A DNA stretch of 64,000 bases from Marispirochaeta sp. (GTDB lineage: Bacteria; Spirochaetota; Spirochaetia; JC444; Marispirochaetaceae): assembly GCA_963676835.2 (NCBI GenBank), contig CAXXFF010000002.1:352001-416000 (forward strand), written 5' to 3'. Under the pieces are notes generated by a model that made no database searches, was not told where the DNA came from, and saw only the letters and a list, made by a program, of their open reading frames with translations. The translations under genes were made by a program, and so were the position numbers. Below, one piece after another: positions 58,457-64,000 of this stretch (within the stretch, counting starts at the first letter, position 1; each line of letters begins with the position of its first letter).

Positions 58457-59164
58457 ATGAAAATACGCACCATGATCTCCCTGGCAGTTTCCATTATTCT
58501 TTTCTGTCTGTCCGTCCTTCTTCTGCTGAAGATTAACCCTTTCGCCTGGAATCTTCCGGATCTGTCCATTATTAAAACAGAGAAAACCTCCGCCCGGGAC
58601 ATACTCCTCAAAGAGGCCCGCACCGTCTACAGGCTCAATACGGTGGAACTGGTATATAAATGCGTATTTCCCTACGATTATCTGCCGGAAAACCCGGACT
58701 GGCAGGCACTGTTTTACAACGAAGCTGTGGGTCAACTTTCAGCGGAAGAAAAAGAACTGATGGAGTTTTACCGCTTCTGCCGCAGCCTTAATATCGATCC
58801 TGTTTCACGGGATCATTCCTTTGCAGTAGTAACGGTTATAGTAAAAGCAGGATTCGACCTGGAAGATTATCCTTTACCGGAGAAGATTGTCACCGAGGGA
58901 ACCCGGGTTGAGTTTACCCTTCCCTCACCTGCGGTAACAGAGATCATCATACATGACCCGGGAGAATCGGATTACCCCTATCCCGGCATGGAAATAAGCC
59001 CGGAAAACTGGAAAACACTGACTGAGTTTATTAAAACCGGCGTTGATGACATTGTCAGGGAAACGGGCCTGCTGGAAAAAGCCGCCGCAAAGGGAGAAGA
59101 ACTCTTCAGCCGTCTGGCTGCTCCCGGCGGCTTTTCGGATATTCGTTTCAGCTATTTGGAATGA
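58457..59164 (+). CDS. Second DUF4230-like membrane-anchored protein
   Basis: GAGGAG SD; N-terminal TM; VKAGFDL, LPSP, GLLEKA. Confidence 0.7.
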   Translation: MKIRTMISLAVSIILFCLSVLLLLKINPFAWNLPDLSIIKTEKTSARDILLKEARTVYRLNTVELVYKCVFPYDYLPENPDWQALFYNEAVGQLSAEEKELMEFYRFCRSLNIDPVSRDHSFAVVTVIVKAGFDLEDYPLPEKIVTEGTRVEFTLPSPAVTEIIIHDPGESDYPYPGMEISPENWKTLTEFIKTGVDDIVRETGLLEKAAAKGEELFSRLAAPGGFSDIRFSYLE

Positions 59165-61512
59165 CGCAGAAGGATCTGTTCAGCGGCTTTGCTGAATACA
59201 CCGAAAGCATCTTCGAGGCTCATCAAATTCAGGGCACAGGCATCGCTTTTTTCGTCTCTCGCTGAGGCTTCAAGTTCCGCAGCACGGTTGCCGAGCCTGC
59301 GGGCCATAAGATTCCAGGAGCTGCCTTTTATGGAATGGGCATCCTTACACACCGTATCAAAGTCCTCTTTTCTCAGGGCCTCTTTCATTTGGAGAATCTG
59401 CTTCTCAACCTTGGGAAGAAAGCCTTCAATAACACTGATAACTACAGCAGTATCTCCCATGAAGGTTTCAACAGCTTCATCAAAATTAAAGACCTCCGGA
59501 TCAATCTCCACCGGAGCTTCCTCCTGGTGAAAACTTTCACTGTCCCTGCGGGCGACCATACTTCCCATGGCCCATTTATCCAGCATAGGCATGAGATCAT
59601 TCTTTTTAAAAGGCTTGGTGAGGAAATCATCCATTCCCACATCAAGACATTTTTCCTGTTCACCTTTGATAGCCGACGCGGTTACCGCAATAATGGGAAC
59701 TTCGATCCCCTCTTTCCGGATAGCCTTTGTCGCCTCATAGCCGTTCATCTCGGGCATCTGCACATCCATGAAGATCAGCTCAAAATGCTCCTTCTTCGCC
59801 GCTTCCAGGGCTTCCCTTCCGTTATTGGCAATGCGGACGGTATAACCGTTGTTCTCCAGGATGGTCTTGAACAGGGTCTGGTTAACCTGGTGGTCTTCGG
59901 CTACCAGAATTGTACCCTTTTCAATGGTGAGCAGTGAGTCGACCTCTTCAAGAAAATCAATATCCTCAACACTTTCCAGCTCTTCCTCTTCATTGATCAG
60001 CTTGAAGAGAAGTTCAAAAAGCTGGTTCTTCTTGATAGGCTTGTTCAGATATCCGTCAAACCATTTGAGAAGCTTCATCTTGGCTTCTTCACCGCTGCGT
60101 CCGGCGGGACTCATGAGCAGCCGCCGCACGGTTTTAATACGATCGTCGGCATTTATCTCACTCACCAGCTGCCAGCCATCCATACCGGGCATCATCTGAT
60201 CAACCAGCACAACATTAAAAGGACGCTGCTCTTCCGCCCGCTGGCGCATAAGCTCAAGGGCTTCTGCTCCTCCGGGAACCTGATCAACCAGGCATCCCCA
60301 GCCTTTCAGGTAGGAGGTGAGAATTTTCCGGGATGTATCATTATCATCACATACAAGAGCCCGGCTTCCTTCAAAAAATCCACCGGTAAGATTTCGGTAG
60401 AGACTTTCCTCGTTCTGCTTCGGCAGACGGCAGGTAAACCAGAATATTGAGCCCTTGCCGACTTCACTCTCAACGCCGATCTCCCCGTCCATCATATGCA
60501 CCAGGTTACGGGATATGGAAAGACCGAGACCGGTTCCTCCGTACTTGCGGGTAGTAGAGGAATCCACCTGGGAAAAAACCTTGAACAGACGATCTCGTTT
60601 ATCCTCGGGAATACCGATGCCGGTATCGCGGACCTCAAACTTTAACTCAACAGCAGATTCATCTTCCCTTTCCAGCGAGACAACCACAACAATCTCACCT
60701 TCATGGGTAAACTTCACAGCATTATTGAACAGGTTGACCACAATCTGGCGCAGCCGCACCGGATCTCCTTTTAAGAGATGGGGAACTTCCGGCTTGAAGA
60801 AAACAGCAACCTCAAGGCCTTTTTTATGGGCTTCCATGGAGACCAGTTTTACGGAATCTTCCACCAGGTCATTGAGATCGAAATCAATGGATTCCAGCTT
60901 CAGATGCCCCGCCTCGATCTTGGAAAAATCAAGAATATCGTTTATCAGACTCTGAAGGACATCGGCGGAATACTGAATCTGGGCGGCATACTCAATCTGC
61001 TCCGCATCCAGTGCGGTATCCAGAAGCAGCTCGGACATGCCGGTAATGGTGTGAATAGGAGTACGTATCTCATGGCTCATATTTGCCAGGAAATCGGATT
61101 TTGTCTGGGCGGCCTTGCGTACCTCTTCGTTCTCCTCTTTAAGCCGGAGGGCATCCATTTTCTGGCTGGAGACCTCGGTAATTGAAGCCAGTGGAACAGT
61201 CCCGTCACCGGAAAGATCATCAATGAGAATCCACTCAAGACGGCACCAGCCGACGGTTCCGTCTTTCTGCAGATAGGGCAGTTCGAGAATACTCTCTTTG
61301 CCGGGGTTCTGCATAAACTCATCAAAGCTGCGCATCAGTTTCTGTGCATCCGCGGGGGAAAAACAGGCCCCGAGGGGTTCCCCCGGTTGAACAGGACCGC
61401 CTCCCCGCATGGCGGTAAAAGCCGAGTTGGCTTCCTGAATACCCATATGGCTGTCCAGGATAACGAGCCCTGTGGAGAGATGGTTAAAGAGTGCCTTATA
61501 TACAGTTTTCAT
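59152..61512 (-). CDS. Cytoplasmic hybrid histidine kinase (PAS-HisKA-HATPase-REC-REC-HPt)
   Basis: FLANMSHEIRTP, GDPVRLRQ, GGTGLGL, two REC domains, AHSIKGSS. Confidence 0.93.
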   Translation of the reverse strand: MKTVYKALFNHLSTGLVILDSHMGIQEANSAFTAMRGGGPVQPGEPLGACFSPADAQKLMRSFDEFMQNPGKESILELPYLQKDGTVGWCRLEWILIDDLSGDGTVPLASITEVSSQKMDALRLKEENEEVRKAAQTKSDFLANMSHEIRTPIHTITGMSELLLDTALDAEQIEYAAQIQYSADVLQSLINDILDFSKIEAGHLKLESIDFDLNDLVEDSVKLVSMEAHKKGLEVAVFFKPEVPHLLKGDPVRLRQIVVNLFNNAVKFTHEGEIVVVVSLEREDESAVELKFEVRDTGIGIPEDKRDRLFKVFSQVDSSTTRKYGGTGLGLSISRNLVHMMDGEIGVESEVGKGSIFWFTCRLPKQNEESLYRNLTGGFFEGSRALVCDDNDTSRKILTSYLKGWGCLVDQVPGGAEALELMRQRAEEQRPFNVVLVDQMMPGMDGWQLVSEINADDRIKTVRRLLMSPAGRSGEEAKMKLLKWFDGYLNKPIKKNQLFELLFKLINEEEELESVEDIDFLEEVDSLLTIEKGTILVAEDHQVNQTLFKTILENNGYTVRIANNGREALEAAKKEHFELIFMDVQMPEMNGYEATKAIRKEGIEVPIIAVTASAIKGEQEKCLDVGMDDFLTKPFKKNDLMPMLDKWAMGSMVARRDSESFHQEEAPVEIDPEVFNFDEAVETFMGDTAVVISVIEGFLPKVEKQILQMKEALRKEDFDTVCKDAHSIKGSSWNLMARRLGNRAAELEASARDEKSDACALNLMSLEDAFGVFSKAAEQILLRHSK

Positions 61513-61553
61513 CGATCAAATTCCCGGATACGTAAAAAATTAGGTAAAAATAG

Positions 61554-62810
61554 TTAAAATGTGGCGCCCAGTACTTCCGCCGCTTTCCGCAGCAGCTTTT
61601 CCGGTTTCAGCGGTTTCCGCAGATAGGTACGAACCCCATACTCCTGAGCCTTAAGAACTGTCTCTTTTTTGGTAAGAGCCGAGAAGATAATTACCGGAAC
61701 ATCAATATTCCTGGACCGCATATCCTGTAGCACCTCAAAACCGTTCATTGTTGGCATCATCAGATCCAGAAAAACCAGATCGTAGTGGCTCTCGTCAAGA
61801 GTATCCACAAACTCTTTCCCATCGGGAAACTGACTGATAGTCCAGCCGGTACTTTTAAAAACCGTTGCTATCAGCGTGCGGATAACCATATCGTCATCCA
61901 CCACAGCCACGGTTGCTTTTCCTTTAAGAATATCTATCATCTGGCCCATGGCACCTTCCCCGGCAAAACGCATGGACATGCTTCCTTCGGTATCACCGCC
62001 GCCTTCAGCATGATTTCCGATTATCCTCTCACGGACCACATCATCGTGGGCAAAGGCATCCGGCTTAAGGCCGATGAGGTCATCCATAGCTTTTTCGAGA
62101 CTGTCCGTCAGGCCGATCTGCTTGAGATCCTCGTTGGAAGCCAGAACCCGGGCGACCTCTTTGGACGAACTGAGAACCTTTATAAAATGGGGATTCCCCT
62201 GGGCCTCGTTAAGGATAGTTTCAAAAAGAAGAACCAGTTTTTCCGCATCCCCCACTCCTAACTCAAGTCCGGCCAGCATTATAAGCACCTTTGGTATTTT
62301 CTGATTGTACAGGGCCAGGAGTTCACGGATTTTATATTTGAGCAGGACGATCTTCTCGGTGTTGAGCCCCTGGGCAACCTCAATAAAAAGGATGTCTTCA
62401 TTAAAATGGGCTTCGATTATAGACGGTGTGGGATCCACCGTAAGGGTAACCCCCAGAAATTCGGACAAAGTATCCAGCATGGCATCAAGCTTCAGCGGCT
62501 TGGTAAAAACCTTTTTTACCCCGAACTTTGCAAGCTCCACTATATGCTGACTGCTCAGCTTGTTTGCCATAAGAATAACCGGGACATTTACCGTATTGGG
62601 ATTCCGCATTTTTTCCTGCAGAACCTCCTGAGAGCTTTTCCGGGAGAGCATGTAGTCCATTATTATAAGATCCGGCAATTCGCTCCGCATCTTCAGCATT
62701 CCATCAAGACCATTACCGGACTGAATTACTTCAATACCGTGGGTAACCAGTTTCTTGCTGAGATAGTCGCGAACCAGCGGAGATTCTTCAATAATAAGAA
62801 TTTTTTTCAT
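61554..62810 (-). CDS. Response regulator with N- and C-terminal REC domains, no obvious output domain
   Basis: ILIIEES..IIMD..KP and VVDDD..FLDLMMP..KP. Confidence 0.88.
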   Translation of the reverse strand: MKKILIIEESPLVRDYLSKKLVTHGIEVIQSGNGLDGMLKMRSELPDLIIMDYMLSRKSSQEVLQEKMRNPNTVNVPVILMANKLSSQHIVELAKFGVKKVFTKPLKLDAMLDTLSEFLGVTLTVDPTPSIIEAHFNEDILFIEVAQGLNTEKIVLLKYKIRELLALYNQKIPKVLIMLAGLELGVGDAEKLVLLFETILNEAQGNPHFIKVLSSSKEVARVLASNEDLKQIGLTDSLEKAMDDLIGLKPDAFAHDDVVRERIIGNHAEGGGDTEGSMSMRFAGEGAMGQMIDILKGKATVAVVDDDMVIRTLIATVFKSTGWTISQFPDGKEFVDTLDESHYDLVFLDLMMPTMNGFEVLQDMRSRNIDVPVIIFSALTKKETVLKAQEYGVRTYLRKPLKPEKLLRKAAEVLGATF

Positions 62811-62883
62811 CTCTCTCCTCTTTTCGGGGAATATCCTCTACTACAGTTATTCCACATTGGACGGAGATATGCAAGGAAAAATC

Positions 62884-64000
62884 CTACCTGAGAATGGAAC
62901 TGAGAATTTCCCTGGTCACATTATAGAGAGGAGGAATTCCTTCGGAGGGATGAAGCCGCGCACTGAGAGAACTGCGGTGTCCCAGGGGAAGGTCGGATAC
63001 ATAATAGAGAAAACGGGTCGGGATCTGCCGGGGGATTACATTCAGCTCCATTGCTTCCAGTATCTGACGGTAATAGAATATACCCTCCATCTCGAGGCCG
63101 ATACAGTTCCAGATATGCCGGTAGAAACTGAGCATGCTTCTGTTCTGCATCAGGGTTCCAGCCACTGTCAGAATAGGCCCGGTGTGAACCGATGATCCGG
63201 CGGACATCTCTTTCAGCCTGGCCGAAAGACCCGTATCGGGATCATCCAGGGGATAGAAGCGGTCGCTGGTCTGCTCAATAAAAGCATCCGGAACCAGAAT
63301 ATCTCCCCGTTTACCAACCAGAGATCCCGCTTTTCCCAGGACGTTGATGCTGGCCAGATTGCGTCCAAAGAGCAGAATAAGGCTGCGGATAATATCCTCC
63401 GCCTGTTCTCCAAAGGCGTAATCGATATTGACGATGAGGCTTCGCTCCGGGGAGGCTGAACAGTGAACAGCAGGATCGAGCCCCTGGGGATCGAGTTTCC
63501 CCGTATCAATGAGCTGAACCTGTATGCCTGTGGAGGCGGTCTCCTTGAGCCTTAAAATACCGCATGAAACCTCATCGCAGCGGCGCAGCCCGGGATTTGC
63601 CTCCCAGAATGAGGGCCCCAGGGCATACATAAGATCCGACGGATTTTTCCACTCACCTTTCATAAACGGGTGACTGGTATCATCCGCCCAGTCCAGTATC
63701 ATATCCTGGTAAGTACGGAAATCGGGGCTGATACAGTTTACCACCGAATGATCATTGGAACTTATAATGTGTACCGGAATGTCCGGATCAAGATCGGCTG
63801 GTTCAAATCCGGTCAGACTGCCGGCGGCATCTGCAACCTGGTGGGTCCAGTTCTGGGACCGGTGCAGATGAAAGGTGGGAACATGACGGCGGAAATCAAT
63901 ATTTATACTCTCCCGGTGCCGGACAATCTCACTTAAGGTCTGGAGGACCCTTCCCGGCCAGAGGGACTGCAGCCCCGCAATTTCCGCCCGGGAGAAATCG
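62884..64000 (-). CDS. Conserved hypothetical protein, DUF6909-like with nucleoside-phosphorylase-like C-terminus (5' truncated by window)
   Basis: Frame has no stop from 63744 to the window end; PVHIISSNDHSV, IDYAFGEQA, GKAG, GLEMEG..Y, YYVSD.P. Confidence 0.7.
   Translation of the reverse strand, partial: DFSRAEIAGLQSLWPGRVLQTLSEIVRHRESINIDFRRHVPTFHLHRSQNWTHQVADAAGSLTGFEPADLDPDIPVHIISSNDHSVVNCISPDFRTYQDMILDWADDTSHPFMKGEWKNPSDLMYALGPSFWEANPGLRRCDEVSCGILRLKETASTGIQVQLIDTGKLDPQGLDPAVHCSASPERSLIVNIDYAFGEQAEDIIRSLILLFGRNLASINVLGKAGSLVGKRGDILVPDAFIEQTSDRFYPLDDPDTGLSARLKEMSAGSSVHTGPILTVAGTLMQNRSMLSFYRHIWNCIGLEMEGIFYYRQILEAMELNVIPRQIPTRFLYYVSDLPLGHRSSLSARLHPSEGIPPLYNVTREILSSILR

Noticed and set aside
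1..64000. CRISPR arrays, tRNA/rRNA, transposases, integrases, prophage or defence genes
   Set aside because: None recognised by eye; intergenic gaps are short and show no spaced repeats. A covariance-model scan was not possible.

Overview
Gene-dense chromosomal window from a bacterium that looks like a free-living spirochaete (Spirochaetaceae-like). This is inferred from the pyrG-lptCAB-rpoN-hpf-hprK-ptsH...lexA-holA block, the FSPNGDG-repeat OmpA protein and the A-x-G-x-x-E N-termini, not from a search. It holds about 55 CDSs. Housekeeping and repair: pyrG, lptCAB, rpoN, hprK, ptsH, lexA, holA, uvrC, rsgA, thrH. Carbon and energy: uxaA, pckG, oadGAB. Uptake: a cyclase + sugar-type ABC + GntR cassette and a tctA-tctC-tctB-tctA-GntR cassette. 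Signalling: two GGDEF proteins, a GAF-PAS adenylate cyclase, an NtrY/X-like pair, a hybrid kinase and CheRB. I saw no rRNA, tRNA, CRISPR array, IS element or prophage. The most interesting signals are absent from the ORF track: (1) an 11-codon leader peptide (MIAVIRGSFPG) with a strong RBS and competing helices upstream of rsgA, a candidate ribosome-sensing attenuator; (2) an hsp20 operon with a ROSE-like 5' UTR, a palindrome at the promoter and a coupled 41-aa single-TM microprotein; (3) a perfect 24-bp operator over the tctC promoter and a duplicated tctA carrying a PG->PW motif change; (4) recurrent leaderless promoter-ATG architecture; (5) a Cys-free A-x-G-x-x-E motif shared by three unrelated exported proteins. 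Family names come from motif recognition by eye; no database search was run.
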